A stretch of 62,151 bases of DNA, counting the filler, from Thermodesulfobacteriota bacterium (GTDB lineage: Bacteria; DASVDK01): assembly GCA_036381125.1 (NCBI GenBank). It is 6 parts of 6 records of this genome, joined end to end, with 100 filler letters (N's around TTAATTAATTAA, not from the genome) between each part and the next. Parts side by side here need not be neighbours in the genome. Positions count along the whole stretch, not along the records: positions 1 to 13,168 come from DASVDK010000204.1; 5 more parts are not named here. One strand, written 5' to 3'. This document shows positions 1-13,268 of this stretch, piece after piece. A model generated the notes under the pieces. It was not told the DNA's origin and made no database searches. It saw nothing but the letters and a program-made list of their open reading frames with translations. A program made the position numbers and the translations under genes. Position 1 is the stretch's first letter. Each line of letters begins with the position of its first letter.

Positions 1-1
1 G

Positions 2-394
2 CTCGTCTTCACCTACCCGCTCGGCAACCGCGTCGCGCGCAGCCGCCTCACGAGCGCAGAGCTGGCGCTGCGCCAGGCGCAGATCCAGGTGCGGACGCTC
101 GAGCTGCAGGTCACCGAGGAGGTGCGCGCGGCCGTGCGGGCGGTCAACGCCAACGCCCAGCGGGTCGAGGCGACCCGCGAGGCGACGCGGCTGGCGCGCG
201 AGCAGCTCACCGCCGAGCAGCGGCGGCTCGCGGTCGGGCTGTCGACCTCGTTCGAGGTCCTGCGCCTGCAGACCGACCTGGCGACCGCGCAGAACGCCGA
301 GATCGTGGCGATCACCGACTACCGGGTGAGCCTCGCCAACCTCGACCGGGTGGCGGGCGTCCTGCTCAACCGGTACGGGATCATGGTGAAGTAG
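2..394 (+). CDS. TolC-family outer membrane efflux protein, C-terminal part (5' truncated by window edge)
   Basis: Open frame from position 2 (LVFTYPLGNR...); C-terminal OEP pattern 'AEQRRLAVGLSTSFEVLRLQTDLATAQ...DYRVSLANLDRVAG'; lies upstream of an efflux operon. Confidence 0.85.
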   Translation, partial: LVFTYPLGNRVARSRLTSAELALRQAQIQVRTLELQVTEEVRAAVRAVNANAQRVEATREATRLAREQLTAEQRRLAVGLSTSFEVLRLQTDLATAQNAEIVAITDYRVSLANLDRVAGVLLNRYGIMVK

Positions 395-423
395 CTGAAG
401 TAGCCAGGGGAAAGGAGTCGCCC

Positions 424-855
424 GTGCCGCGTCCTCGTCGATGGCTCCCCGTCGTGGCTGTGGCCCTCGGCGCCGCCAGCCTCGGTCTCGGCGGCGTGGG
501 CGGTCCGGCGCCCGGCAAGGTGCCGGTGCCGCCGCGGAACTTCACGGCGGAGGTCACCGACCGCCAGGGGGTCGTCACGAAGGCGAGCCAGGTCTCCTGC
601 GGCGGCGAGATCTTCGTCGTCGGCAAGCGGGGGGACACGACGCTCACGGTCGGCTTCGAGAAGATCCGCCGCGTCCGGTTCGGCACCCCGACCGAACGCA
701 CCGTCGAGGCCACGGTCGAGACGACCGGCGGCGAGACGGTCCGCCTGCGGGTCGACCGGGACCTGACCTGCGCCGGGGTCACCGAGTTCGGCACGGTCCA
801 GGTGGCGGCGGGCGACCTCCAGGCGATCGTCTTCACCGGAGAAGTTCGGCGCTGA
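424..855 (+). CDS. Hypothetical exported protein
   Basis: GGAG RBS before GTG; N-terminal signal-like hydrophobic stretch; beta-rich body; lies in the efflux operon. Confidence 0.7.
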   Translation: MPRPRRWLPVVAVALGAASLGLGGVGGPAPGKVPVPPRNFTAEVTDRQGVVTKASQVSCGGEIFVVGKRGDTTLTVGFEKIRRVRFGTPTERTVEATVETTGGETVRLRVDRDLTCAGVTEFGTVQVAAGDLQAIVFTGEVRR

Positions 856-883
856 GCCGCTCGGGAGGCGCTATTCTTTGACG

Positions 884-2137
884 ATGCGGGAGAGGACGAG
901 GCGACGGCGGCCGATGGCCTGGCTTGCGGCGCTCGGGGTCATGGCCACGCTCGTCGCCGGGTGCGGCTCGGGCGAGGCGCCTCGGCCGCCCGCGGGCGAG
1001 GCGCGTCCGCCGGGAGGCCCACCGTCGGCCGTCGCGGCGCTCCCCACCCGCTCCGTCTCGGTCGCCCCGGCGGTCTCCCGGCCCCTTCCCCGCCTGGTCC
1101 CGGTGACCGGCACGCTCGCCGCCGACGAGCGCGTCGTCCTCGCCTTCAAGGTGGACGGCATGCTCGCCGAGATCCCGGTCGACCTCGGCAGCCCCGTCAA
1201 GCGCGGCTCGCTCGTCGCGCGCCTCGACCCCACCGACTACCGGCTCCGCGTGGAGCAGGCCGAAGCCGCGCTGAAGCAGGCCCGCACCCGTCTCGGGCTG
1301 CCGGCCGAGGGCACCGACGACACCATCGACCCGGAGGCCTCGGCCCTCGTGCGCCAGGCCCGGGCCATGCTCCGGGAGGCCCGGCTCACCCGCGATCGCA
1401 CGGCCACTCTCTGGGACCAGCGCCTGGTCTCGCGGGCGGCGCTCGACTCGGCCGAGGCGGCGCTCCAGGTGGCCGAGGGGCGCTACCAGGACGCCCTCGA
1501 GGAGGTCCGGACCCGCCAGGCGCTCCTCGTCCAGCGGCGCTCCGAGCTGGCCATCGCGCGCCAGCAGCTCGCCGACACGGTCCTCACCGCGCCGATCGAC
1601 GGCGTCGTGCAGGAGCGGCAGGCGTCGCGCGGCGAGTACCTGGAGGCCGGCACGCCGGTGGTCACCGTCGTCCGGGTCCACCCGCTGCGGCTCCGGCTCG
1701 CGGTGCCCGAGCGCGCGGCCGCCGGCGTGCAGGCCGGCCAGGAGGTGCGCGTGCGCGTCGAGGGCCGGGATACGGTCTTCAAGGGGCGCGTGGCCCGGCT
1801 CGCCCCCGCCATCGACGAGACGACCCGCACCCTCCTCGTCGAAGCGGAGATCCCGAACGAGCGAGGGCTCCTGCGGGCGGGCGCCTTCGCCCGGGCCGAG
1901 ATCGTCACCGACGCGGACGTCCCGACCGTCCTCGTCCCCTCGACGGCGGTCGTGACCTTCGCGGGCGTCGAGAAGGTCCTCACGGTCCGCGACGGCAAGG
2001 CGGTCGAGCTGCCGGTCCGCACCGGGCGCCGGGAAGGGGGGCTCGTCGAGATCGCCGCCGGCCTCGAGGCGGGCGAGCCGGTGGTCGTCGAGCCCGGCAG
2101 CCTCGTGGGCGGCCAGCCCGTGACGGTGGTCCAGTAG
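884..2137 (+). CDS. RND efflux periplasmic adaptor (membrane fusion protein), lipoprotein
   Basis: Lipobox-like LVAGC; biotinyl-lipoyl halves ('VDLGSPVKRGSLVARLD', 'LTAPIDGVV'); coiled-coil hairpin. Start placed at ATG 884, 6 nt after TATTCT. Confidence 0.9.
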   Translation: MRERTRRRRPMAWLAALGVMATLVAGCGSGEAPRPPAGEARPPGGPPSAVAALPTRSVSVAPAVSRPLPRLVPVTGTLAADERVVLAFKVDGMLAEIPVDLGSPVKRGSLVARLDPTDYRLRVEQAEAALKQARTRLGLPAEGTDDTIDPEASALVRQARAMLREARLTRDRTATLWDQRLVSRAALDSAEAALQVAEGRYQDALEEVRTRQALLVQRRSELAIARQQLADTVLTAPIDGVVQERQASRGEYLEAGTPVVTVVRVHPLRLRLAVPERAAAGVQAGQEVRVRVEGRDTVFKGRVARLAPAIDETTRTLLVEAEIPNERGLLRAGAFARAEIVTDADVPTVLVPSTAVVTFAGVEKVLTVRDGKAVELPVRTGRREGGLVEIAAGLEAGEPVVVEPGSLVGGQPVTVVQ

Positions 2138-2141
2138 GCCC

Positions 2142-5348
<3,207 letters not shown>

Positions 5349-5352
5349 CGCC

Positions 5353-6687
5353 GTGATGTCCGCGGCGCGCCACGGGTCCCCGCATCGTCGCCTCGCCCTC
5401 GCCGCGGTCGGCCTCCTCGCCATCGTCGCCGTCCTCTGGCTCGCCCGCGGCTTCCGCGAGGCGCCGGCGGCCCCCGCCCCGCCGACCGCCACCGTCGAGG
5501 CGGCGCCGATCGTCGTCCGGGTGCGGGAGACCGGCACCGTCATCCCCCGCCTCGCGGTCGAGGTCAAGTCCAAGGTCGGCGGCGAGGTCGTCAAGATGGC
5601 GGCCACCGAGGGGCAGGTCGTCGAGGCCGGCGCGGTCCTCGCCCAGATCGACCAGACCGATTTCGTCTCGCGCGTGCGCCAGGCCGAGGCCGACCTCGCC
5701 TCCGCCCGCGCGCGTCTCTCCGCGCTCGTCGAGGGCTCGCGGCCGCAGGAGATCGCCCAGGCGGAGGCCGAGGTCGCCCGCGCCAGGATCGCGCTCGCCG
5801 ACGCGGAGAAGACCGAGAAGCGGCTCCTCGCGCTCCTCGAGGAGGGCTTCATCTCCCGCTCCGAGGTCGACGCCGCGGTCACCGAGCGCGAGATCGCGCA
5901 GCAGGCGCTCATCCGGGCCCAGGAGGCGCTCTCCCTGGCGCGCGAGGGAACGCGGCAGCAGGAGATCGTCCAGGCGCGCGCCGCCGTCGTCCGGGCCGAG
6001 GACGTCCTGCGCAACGCCCGGGAGCAGCTGCGCGACACCATCATCCGCGCCCCCATCAGCGGCACGGTGATCCGCCGCAAGGTGAACGAGGGCGAGATCG
6101 TGACCGCCGGCAACGTCTCTACGTCGGTCGGCACGCTCCTGCTCGTGGTGGCCGACCTCTCGGAGATCCTGGTGCGCTCGAAGGTCAACGAGGTCGACGT
6201 CCCGAGGCTTGCCATCGGGCAGCCGGCCGAGGTGCGCCTCGACGCCCTCCTCGGGACCGTCTATCGGGGCGAGGTCGTCCGGATCGCCCCCGCCGGCGAC
6301 CGCGACGCCTCGAAGAACATCGTGACGTACGAGGTGGACGTGCGGCTGGCCGATCCGGACGCGAGGATCCGGCCGGAGATGACGGCGAGCGTCGACATCA
6401 TCGTCGGCCGCAAGGCGCGCGCCCTGGTCGTCCCCGCCGAGGCGGTGCAGCGCGAGGCGCCGCGCGCCGACGGCACGGTCCGCGAGGTCGTCTACGTCCG
6501 CCGCGGCGAGGGGGAGGCGGCGACCTTCGAGCCGGTCCCGGTGACGATCGGGCTGCGCAACGAGACCCACGTCGAGATCCTCTCCGGCGTCGAGGCCGGG
6601 GACGTCGTGCGCCTCGGGTCCGGCAACGGCCACGAGCCGAGACCGGCCGGCTCGCCGCGACGCGGCCGGGCGGCGAGGGTGCGCTGA
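5353..6687 (+). CDS. MacA-like efflux periplasmic adaptor
   Basis: N-terminal TM; '[11 protein letters not shown]', '[10 protein letters not shown]', 'VNEVDV', '[11 protein letters not shown]'. Confidence 0.9.
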   Translation: MMSAARHGSPHRRLALAAVGLLAIVAVLWLARGFREAPAAPAPPTATVEAAPIVVRVRETGTVIPRLAVEVKSKVGGEVVKMAATEGQVVEAGAVLAQIDQTDFVSRVRQAEADLASARARLSALVEGSRPQEIAQAEAEVARARIALADAEKTEKRLLALLEEGFISRSEVDAAVTEREIAQQALIRAQEALSLAREGTRQQEIVQARAAVVRAEDVLRNAREQLRDTIIRAPISGTVIRRKVNEGEIVTAGNVSTSVGTLLLVVADLSEILVRSKVNEVDVPRLAIGQPAEVRLDALLGTVYRGEVVRIAPAGDRDASKNIVTYEVDVRLADPDARIRPEMTASVDIIVGRKARALVVPAEAVQREAPRADGTVREVVYVRRGEGEAATFEPVPVTIGLRNETHVEILSGVEAGDVVRLGSGNGHEPRPAGSPRRGRAARVR

Positions 6688-6691
6688 GGCG

Positions 6692-7393
6692 GTGGTCCGG
6701 CCCGTCATCGAGGCGTCCGACCTCACGAAGGTCTACCGGATGGGCGACGAGGAGGTGTACGCGCTGCGCGGCGTCTCGCTGCGCGTCGACCCGGGGGAGT
6801 TCGTGTCGATCATGGGCCCGTCCGGCAGCGGCAAGACCACCCTCATGGACATCCTCGGCTGCCTGGCGAGGCCCACGTCGGGCCGCTACCGGCTCGAGGG
6901 GGAGGACGTGGCGCGCCTGTCGGAGGCGGACCTCGCCCGGGTGCGCAACCGCCGGATCGGCTTCGTCTTCCAGACCTTCAACCTCCTCGCACGCGCGGAC
7001 GCGAGGGAGAACGTCGAGTTGCCGCTCCTCTACGCCGGCGTGCCGCGAGCCGAGCGCCGGGCCCGGGCCGAGGCGGCGCTCGCGGCCGTCGGCCTCTCGG
7101 ACCGGATGCGCCATCGGCCGAACGAGCTGTCGGGGGGGCAGCGCCAGCGGGTCGCCATCGCGCGCGCGCTCGTGGCCGAGCCCGCCCTCGTCCTCGCCGA
7201 CGAGCCCACCGGAAACCTCGACTCGCGCTCGGGCGCCGAGATCCTCGCCCTCTTCGAAGCGCTCTCCGCGCGCGGGGTGACGCTCGTCCTCGTCACGCAC
7301 GACGCGGGCGTCGCCGGGCGCGCGCGCCGCGTCGTCACCCTCCGCGACGGTCGCATCGTGAGCGACGCCGCCGCCCAGCCGGCCCTCGCATGA
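6692..7393 (+). CDS. ABC transporter ATP-binding protein (MacB/LolD type)
   Basis: Walker A GPSGSGKT, signature LSGGQRQ, Walker B '[10 protein letters not shown]'. Confidence 0.95.
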   Translation: MVRPVIEASDLTKVYRMGDEEVYALRGVSLRVDPGEFVSIMGPSGSGKTTLMDILGCLARPTSGRYRLEGEDVARLSEADLARVRNRRIGFVFQTFNLLARADARENVELPLLYAGVPRAERRARAEAALAAVGLSDRMRHRPNELSGGQRQRVAIARALVAEPALVLADEPTGNLDSRSGAEILALFEALSARGVTLVLVTHDAGVAGRARRVVTLRDGRIVSDAAAQPALA

Positions 7394-8616
7394 GCATCGC
7401 CGAGGCCTTCCTCGTCGCGCTGCGCGGCCTCGCGGCCAATCGCCTGCGCACCGCCCTCACGATGCTCGGCATCGTGATCGGCGTCGCGGCCGTCATCGCC
7501 ATGACGTCGATCGGCGAAGGGGCGCAGCGCCGGGTGACGAACCAGATCACGAGCCTCGGGACCAACCTGATCCTCGTCTTCCCCCGGCGCCCGAGACCGA
7601 GCGAGCTGGTGGGGCTGCCCGGCCGCTCCGACGGCGTGGTCAAGGCCGACGCCGACGCCATCGCCGCCGAGGTCCCGGGAGCCGCGCTCGTCGCGCCGTC
7701 GATCAACGTGACCGGCACCGCCCAGCGTCTCGACTACACCTTCGAGGGCAGCATCGAGGGCACGACCCCGAGCTACGCCGTCATCCGGAACTTCGCGGTG
7801 GCGCGGGGCCGCTTCCTGACCCAGGCGGACCTCGACGAGTGGCGGTCGGTGGCCGTCCTGGGCACCGAGGCGGCCGAGGCCCTCTTCCCCGACGGCACCG
7901 ACCCCATCGGCCAGGACATCCGGATCGGGACGGAGCGCCTCGTCGTCGTCGGCGTCATGGCGCCCAAGGGCCAGGTCTTCTTCACGAACTTCGACGAGAA
8001 GATCTTCATCCCCATCACCACCGCGTCCAAGCGCTTCACCGGCGACGAGCGTCTCGGCTCGATCCAGGTCGAGGCCCGCTCGGCGGCCACCGTGGCGGAG
8101 ACGCGCGCCGCCGTCGAGGCGCTCCTCGAGGCCAGGCACGAGGGGGTCCCCGACTACCGGATCCGCAGCCAGGACGAGTTCCTCGGGACGCTGCGCCAGA
8201 CGGTCACGACCTTCCGCCTGCTCCTCGGCGGGATCGCCGCCATCTCGCTCCTCGTCGGCGGCATCGGTATCATGAACATCATGCTCGTGTCGGTCACCGA
8301 GCGGACGCGCGAGATCGGGGTCCGCAAGGCGGTCGGCGCCACGCGCGGCGACGTGCTGCGGCAGTTCCTGATCGAGGCGGTCGCGATCAGCGCCGTCGGC
8401 GGGGTGATCGGCATCCTGGCCGGCATCGGCCTCGGCGAGGGGGTCGCCCGCCTGTTGTCGGAGGGGCTGCCCGGCGACCCGTGGGAGTCGGTGGTGTCCC
8501 CGGCGGCCATTGCGATCGCGGTGACGTTCGCCGTCGGGGTCGGGGTCGTCTTCGGCCTCTATCCGGCCGCGCGGGCGGCAGCGCTCGACCCGGTCGAGGC
8601 GCTGCGATACGAGTAG
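7390..8616 (+). CDS. MacB/FtsX-family ABC permease
   Basis: '[20 protein letters not shown]', '[21 protein letters not shown]', '[10 protein letters not shown]'; ATGA overlap with the ATPase gene. Confidence 0.95.
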   Translation: MSIAEAFLVALRGLAANRLRTALTMLGIVIGVAAVIAMTSIGEGAQRRVTNQITSLGTNLILVFPRRPRPSELVGLPGRSDGVVKADADAIAAEVPGAALVAPSINVTGTAQRLDYTFEGSIEGTTPSYAVIRNFAVARGRFLTQADLDEWRSVAVLGTEAAEALFPDGTDPIGQDIRIGTERLVVVGVMAPKGQVFFTNFDEKIFIPITTASKRFTGDERLGSIQVEARSAATVAETRAAVEALLEARHEGVPDYRIRSQDEFLGTLRQTVTTFRLLLGGIAAISLLVGGIGIMNIMLVSVTERTREIGVRKAVGATRGDVLRQFLIEAVAISAVGGVIGILAGIGLGEGVARLLSEGLPGDPWESVVSPAAIAIAVTFAVGVGVVFGLYPAARAAALDPVEALRYE

Positions 8617-8663
8617 CCGGCGGACGCCCGATCCCGGTCGGCCGCCGTCACGCGAGGAGGCAC

Positions 8664-9542
8664 ATGGATCGTCCGCTCGTCGTGGGAGAGATCGCCTACG
8701 CCAACGTGGTGCCGCTGTTCGACGCCTGGCGGGCCGCCGCCGGCGTCGGGCCCGACGAGGCGCCCCCCGGCGTGCGGATCGTCCGCGGCGAGCCGGCCGC
8801 GCTCAACGAGGCGCTCGCGGCCGGCGAGATCGACCTCGCCCCCTGCTCCTCGATCGAGTACGCCCGCCGCCCCGACGCGTACCGCCTGCTGCCCGACCTG
8901 TCCATCGCCGCCGACGGCGCGGTGGAGAGCGTGCTCCTCTTCGCACGGCGGCCCCTCGAGGCGCTGGCCCCGGCCGGTCGCCGGCCGCGCGTCGCCCTCT
9001 CGCCGGCGTCGGCCGCCTCGAACGCGCTCCTGCGCCTGATCCTCGCCGAGCGCGACATCGGGGCCGAGTTCGCGCCGGCCGCGATGGCGAGCGCCGACGG
9101 CGCCGACGCCGTCCTGGTGATCGGCGACCAGGCCCTCGCGGCCGCCGCCGACGGCGCCCGCGTCGCGCGGGCGGCCGGCTACCCGCTGGTCTACGACCTC
9201 GGGTGCCTCTGGCGCGACCTGACGGGGCTGCCCTTCGTGTTCGCGCTCTTCATCGTCCGGGCCGAGGCCGCCGAGACCCGACCGGAGGACGTGGCCCGGA
9301 TCGGCGCCGCCCTGGCCGCGGCCAAGCGCGCCGCCCCGGCCCGCCGCCTCGACCTGGCGGCCCGGGAGGCCGGACGAGGCGGCCTCTCCGCCGAGCGGCT
9401 CGCGGCTTACTGGGCCGCCATCCGGTACGACCTCGGCCCCCGCGAGCAGGCGGGCCTCGAGGCCTACTTCCGCCTCGCCGCCAGGTACGGACTGCTGCCT
9501 GCCGCCCCACCGCTCCGCTTCACCGCCGCCCCTCTTCCCTAA
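8664..9542 (+). CDS. mqnA: Chorismate dehydratase MqnA (futalosine menaquinone pathway)
   Basis: GAGGAGG RBS; 'GEIAYANVVPL', 'PCSSIEY', 'GAVESVLL', 'VIGDQAL', 'YDLG..W..LTGLPFVFA'. Confidence 0.85.
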   Translation: MDRPLVVGEIAYANVVPLFDAWRAAAGVGPDEAPPGVRIVRGEPAALNEALAAGEIDLAPCSSIEYARRPDAYRLLPDLSIAADGAVESVLLFARRPLEALAPAGRRPRVALSPASAASNALLRLILAERDIGAEFAPAAMASADGADAVLVIGDQALAAAADGARVARAAGYPLVYDLGCLWRDLTGLPFVFALFIVRAEAAETRPEDVARIGAALAAAKRAAPARRLDLAAREAGRGGLSAERLAAYWAAIRYDLGPREQAGLEAYFRLAARYGLLPAAPPLRFTAAPLP

Positions 9543-9598
9543 CCCCGGCGGTGGGCGCTACCCTGAGTGCGAGGGCAGCCCAAAGCGTGCACACGCAC

Positions 9599-9613
9599 TT
9601 AGGTCCGCCCTAA
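9599..9613. promoter_or_regulatory. Candidate DtxR/IdeR-type operator TTAGG-N5-CCTAA
   Basis: Perfect 5-bp inverted repeat lying between a -10-like TACCCT (9559-9564) and the DtxR-family start codon. Confidence 0.55.
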
Positions 9614-9635
9614 CCCGCAGCCCGGAGGGAGCGTC

Positions 9636-10388
9636 ATGCGCACGGAGCGGCCCAACGGCCCGCCGGTCACCTCGACCGTCGAGGACTATCTCCAGCTCAT
9701 CTACAAGATGGTGCAGGAGCACCGGCCGGTGCTCGCGTCGCGGCTCGCCGAGCGGCTCGGCGTCTCGCTGCCGACGGTCCTCGGGACCCTCCAGCGGATG
9801 ACCCGGGACGGCCTGGTCGAGAGCGACGAGAAGCGCCAGATCGCCCTCACCGCACGCGGCCTCGGCCTCGCCGAGTCGATGGTCCGCCGGCAGCGCCTCG
9901 CCGAGCGGTTCCTCGTCGACGTGCTCGGTCTCTACTGGGCCGAGGCCAACGTCGAGGCCCACCTCCTGGAGCACGCCATCAGCCCCAAGGTCGAAGCGCG
10001 CCTGAACGCCATGCTCCGGTCGCCCGCGACCTGCCCCCACGGCAACCCCATCCCGGGCAACGGCGCCGAGGCGCCGCGCGACCTCGTCACGGTCGCGTCG
10101 GGCCAGCCCGGCGAGATCTTCGTCGTGGACCGACTGGCCGAGGACGCCGAGGGGGACGGCGAGTTCCTCGAGTGGCTCCAGCGTCACGGCGTCATGCCGG
10201 GCCGCCGGCTGACGGTGGTCGAGCACGAGCGCGTGGCCGGCACCGTGGTGCTCGAAGGGGACCAGGGGCGCGTCACCTTCGGCCTCTCGGCCGCCGAACG
10301 GGTCTACGGCCGGCGCGAGGCGTCCGGACGGGCCGCGGGCGACGGCGCTGCGAGAGGCCGGAACCGGGAGCACGAGAGGCGAGCGTAG
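9636..10388 (+). CDS. DtxR/MntR-family metal-dependent repressor with FeoA/SH3 domain
   Basis: 'TVEDYLQLIY', wHTH, 'RRQRLAERFL', 'EAHLLEHAIS', 'TCPHGNPIP'. Confidence 0.92.
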   Translation: MRTERPNGPPVTSTVEDYLQLIYKMVQEHRPVLASRLAERLGVSLPTVLGTLQRMTRDGLVESDEKRQIALTARGLGLAESMVRRQRLAERFLVDVLGLYWAEANVEAHLLEHAISPKVEARLNAMLRSPATCPHGNPIPGNGAEAPRDLVTVASGQPGEIFVVDRLAEDAEGDGEFLEWLQRHGVMPGRRLTVVEHERVAGTVVLEGDQGRVTFGLSAAERVYGRREASGRAAGDGAARGRNREHERRA

Positions 10389-10528
10389 CGGCCCGTCCAA
10401 GGGTCGTCGATCGAACCGCCCCGCCGCCACCCCCGTACACAGGCCCCTCGAGCACCATGCCCTTTCGCCGCAGGACCCGGGGCCGCGCGGCGGAGAACGC
10501 GTGCGGGCAGACCCCAGCGTTCTCCGGC

Positions 10529-10553
10529 CTGGAAAATGGAAAGGCCTGACCCC
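10529..10553 (+). repeat. REP-like 25-bp unit CTGGAAAATGGAAAGGCCTGACCCC (family 1)
   Basis: Near-identical units at 22243-22292 (x2) and 43796-43845 (x2, reverse strand). Confidence 0.85.
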
Positions 10554-10561
10554 ATCATGGG

Positions 10562-11431
10562 CTAGGCCCGGCCGAGCGCGGCGCCGAGGGCCTCGAGGAA
10601 CGCGTCGGGCTGCTCGATGGGCGGGTCGTCGGCCGCGTCCTCGACGACACGGAGCGGCCATCCGTAGCGGTCGCTCGCGGCCTCGGCGACGGCCAGGGGC
10701 GTCGCGCGGTCGTGGCGCCCCCAGATCAGGGTCGTCGGGACCGTGATCCGTGCGAGATCGGCCGGCGGGATCGCCGGCATGCCGAACTGCTCCATGAGAC
10801 CGCGCTGAGCGGCCTTCAGGTCCGCCGCGTTGGCGCGGTCCAGGTTGTAGGCCCTGAGCCGGTCCCAGCGCTCGCCCATCCGTTCGCGCAGGCCATCCAG
10901 GTCGAAGGCGCACTGCCGCCAGAGACGGTCGTGCGTCTCCGCGGTCGGCTGCGCGACGAACTCGGCCAGGGCATGCCCGAACGCCGGCTCGGGGCGGAAG
11001 GGCACCAGGCCGAGCGTGTCCACGAGCACCAGCCGACCGAGCCGGTCGCCCCGGTCGCCGGCAAAGCGGATCGCGACGGCGCCGCCCAACGTCTGCCCCA
11101 CCAGCGCGGGCGGCGTCTCGCAGGTCTGCTCGATCAGCTCCCCCACCCACGCCGACACGCGAGCGGGGTCCGGCGGACCGTCGGTCGCCCCCGACGCGCC
11201 GTGGCCCGGCAGGTCCGGGGCGACCACGCGATGGGTCGTCGCCAGGGCCGGGATCACCCGCATCCAGTGCGCGGCGTACGCTCCGGGGCCGTGCAGCAGG
11301 ACCAGCGGCGGTCCCACGCCCCCCTCGAGCACGGCGGTCGAGACGCCCGCGAGCGTGAGCCGCCGCTCCGTGATCGGCAGTCCGGCCAGCACCCGTTGCC
11401 GGGTCGTCGTGTGCGTGTGCGCATCGGTCAT
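10562..11431 (-). CDS. Alpha/beta fold hydrolase
   Basis: GAGGAGG RBS; 'PLVLLHG', 'PDLPGHG', nucleophile-elbow variant GQTLGG, 'LIWGRHD'. Confidence 0.88.
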   Translation of the reverse strand: MTDAHTHTTTRQRVLAGLPITERRLTLAGVSTAVLEGGVGPPLVLLHGPGAYAAHWMRVIPALATTHRVVAPDLPGHGASGATDGPPDPARVSAWVGELIEQTCETPPALVGQTLGGAVAIRFAGDRGDRLGRLVLVDTLGLVPFRPEPAFGHALAEFVAQPTAETHDRLWRQCAFDLDGLRERMGERWDRLRAYNLDRANAADLKAAQRGLMEQFGMPAIPPADLARITVPTTLIWGRHDRATPLAVAEAASDRYGWPLRVVEDAADDPPIEQPDAFLEALGAALGRA

Positions 11432-11590
11432 GGCGTCCTCCTCGAGCCCACGTCCGCGGATCGGCTTCCGCAGTCGACGGAACGATGGAGACGCTACGAC
11501 AGGAGGCCGCGGCCCCGCATCCGGAGAACTCCCCAATTTCTCGCCGGCGGGCGGCGTGGGTGGTTTTCCCCATGGCGTGGCCGGGGAACG

Positions 11591-13168
11591 TCAGACGAGC
11601 CCGTGCTCGTAGGCGTACGCCGTCGCGGCGGCTCGCGACGGGACGCCGAGCTTGGTGAAGATGTTGCTCGCGTGCCGGTCGACCGTCTTCTCGCTCACGC
11701 AGAGCTCGTCGGCGATGCTCCGGTTCGTCCTGCCGGTGGCCATCAGGCGGAGCACCTCGAGCTCGCGCGGGGAGAGGCCGTGACGATCGCGCGCCGGCCT
11801 CGCGTGTCCGGTCGGCGAGTCGACGCGGGCGAGGTCCGGTGCGGCGCCCAGTCGCTCGAACGTCGCGCGGGCCGCGTCCAGCTCCAGCCTGGCGCCGTCG
11901 TCGTCCCCGAGGGCGCGGCAGGCGAGCCCCGCCAGCTCACGGACCCGTGCAGCCAGGTAGGGCGCCTCGACCTCTCGCCAGACCTGCCAGGCGCGACGCA
12001 GCGGGCCGAGCGCCGCCCGAGGGTGGCCGTCGGCCAGCTCGACCGCCCCTCGGGCGTGCGCGGCCATCGCGCCGAGGACGCTCGTGCCGGTGCGCCGGGC
12101 GGTTTCCTCCAGCTCGCGGCAGGCGCCCCGCGCGTCCCGGACGTCCCCCGCGGCCAGCGCGATCTCGACGTACGCGGGGAGCAGCCTCGCGCGCTCGAGC
12201 CGGTCGGCCGCCGCGCTGGTGACGCGGCGGATGGCCGCCGCGGCCGCGTCGATGCGCCCCTGGGCCAGCCGCAGCAGCGCGAGGCCGGGCTGCGGCTCCC
12301 TTCCCCAGAGGCTGGCGCCTCCGTACGCCTCCTCGGCGGCCGCCCACTCGCCGCGCAAACGGTGGACCTCCGCCTGCTGGTAGAGCGCCGCGCCCGGAGG
12401 CTCCCGATCGATCCCTCGCGAGAAGCGCGCGCAGGCCCGACGCGCCTCCTCGATCGCGTCCCGCCAGGCGCCGTGAAGCTGCATGATCTCCGCGCGGTGC
12501 ACCAGGCAGGCGCCGGTGAAGGCGACCATCTGGGGCTGTCCGGCGCACCACCGCGCCAGCGCGGCGGTCCACTCGCACGCGCGGCGCAGCGCGTACACCC
12601 GCTGACAGCTGTCGATCACGCTGCAATAGACGAGGCCGGTCATGACGGGCGACAGCTCGCCCGCGGTGACCGACACCATGGCCTCGTCGAGGAGCGCGAG
12701 CCCCTCCTCGACCCGCCCCTGCCGTACGAGCGCCCGGCCCTGCAGGTGACGGGCGCAGGCCACGAGGTCGGCCTCCCCGAAGCGCTCCCCGATCTCGACG
12801 GCAACGGCCGCCTCGGCGTGCGCGGCCTCGCCGTCGCCGGCCTCGAGGCGCTGCTCCACCGCCGGCAGCAACAGGTAGCCGCGCTCGACGCAGTCGTGCG
12901 CCTCGCGGTCGACCAGCCGCCGGGCGCGCACGAGCCACCCGGTTGCGGGCCCCGTCTCCCCTCGGAGGAGGAGACGCAGCCCGAGCCAGAACGCGCAGCG
13001 GGCGGCGCGCGCGCCCTCGCCGGCATCGAGACAGGTGTGATGGGCGCGGTCGAGCGCCCTCACGTACTCGTCGTCGGAGCCGATCAGGAACGCGCAGACC
13101 GCGAGCCGCTCGAGATCCTCGACCCCCAGGGGCGACGCCTCGTCGGCACGCGCGAGCGCCTCGTAGGC
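11591..13168 (-). CDS. LuxR-family HTH regulator with TPR-like N-terminal region (5' truncated by gap)
   Basis: C-terminal 'LSPRELEVLRLMATGRTNRSIADELCVSEKTVDRHASNIFTKLGV'; frame stays open to the contig end. Confidence 0.9.
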   Translation of the reverse strand, partial: AYEALARADEASPLGVEDLERLAVCAFLIGSDDEYVRALDRAHHTCLDAGEGARAARCAFWLGLRLLLRGETGPATGWLVRARRLVDREAHDCVERGYLLLPAVEQRLEAGDGEAAHAEAAVAVEIGERFGEADLVACARHLQGRALVRQGRVEEGLALLDEAMVSVTAGELSPVMTGLVYCSVIDSCQRVYALRRACEWTAALARWCAGQPQMVAFTGACLVHRAEIMQLHGAWRDAIEEARRACARFSRGIDREPPGAALYQQAEVHRLRGEWAAAEEAYGGASLWGREPQPGLALLRLAQGRIDAAAAAIRRVTSAAADRLERARLLPAYVEIALAAGDVRDARGACRELEETARRTGTSVLGAMAAHARGAVELADGHPRAALGPLRRAWQVWREVEAPYLAARVRELAGLACRALGDDDGARLELDAARATFERLGAAPDLARVDSPTGHARPARDRHGLSPRELEVLRLMATGRTNRSIADELCVSEKTVDRHASNIFTKLGVPSRAAATAYAYEHGLV

Positions 13169-13268
13169 NNNNNNNNNNNNNNNNNNNNNNNNNNNNNNNN
13201 NNNNNNNNNNNNTTAATTAATTAANNNNNNNNNNNNNNNNNNNNNNNNNNNNNNNNNNNNNNNNNNNN
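13169..13268. other. Artificial contig linker
   Basis: N-run + TTAATTAATTAA (stop codons in all six frames) + N-run. Confidence 0.98.
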
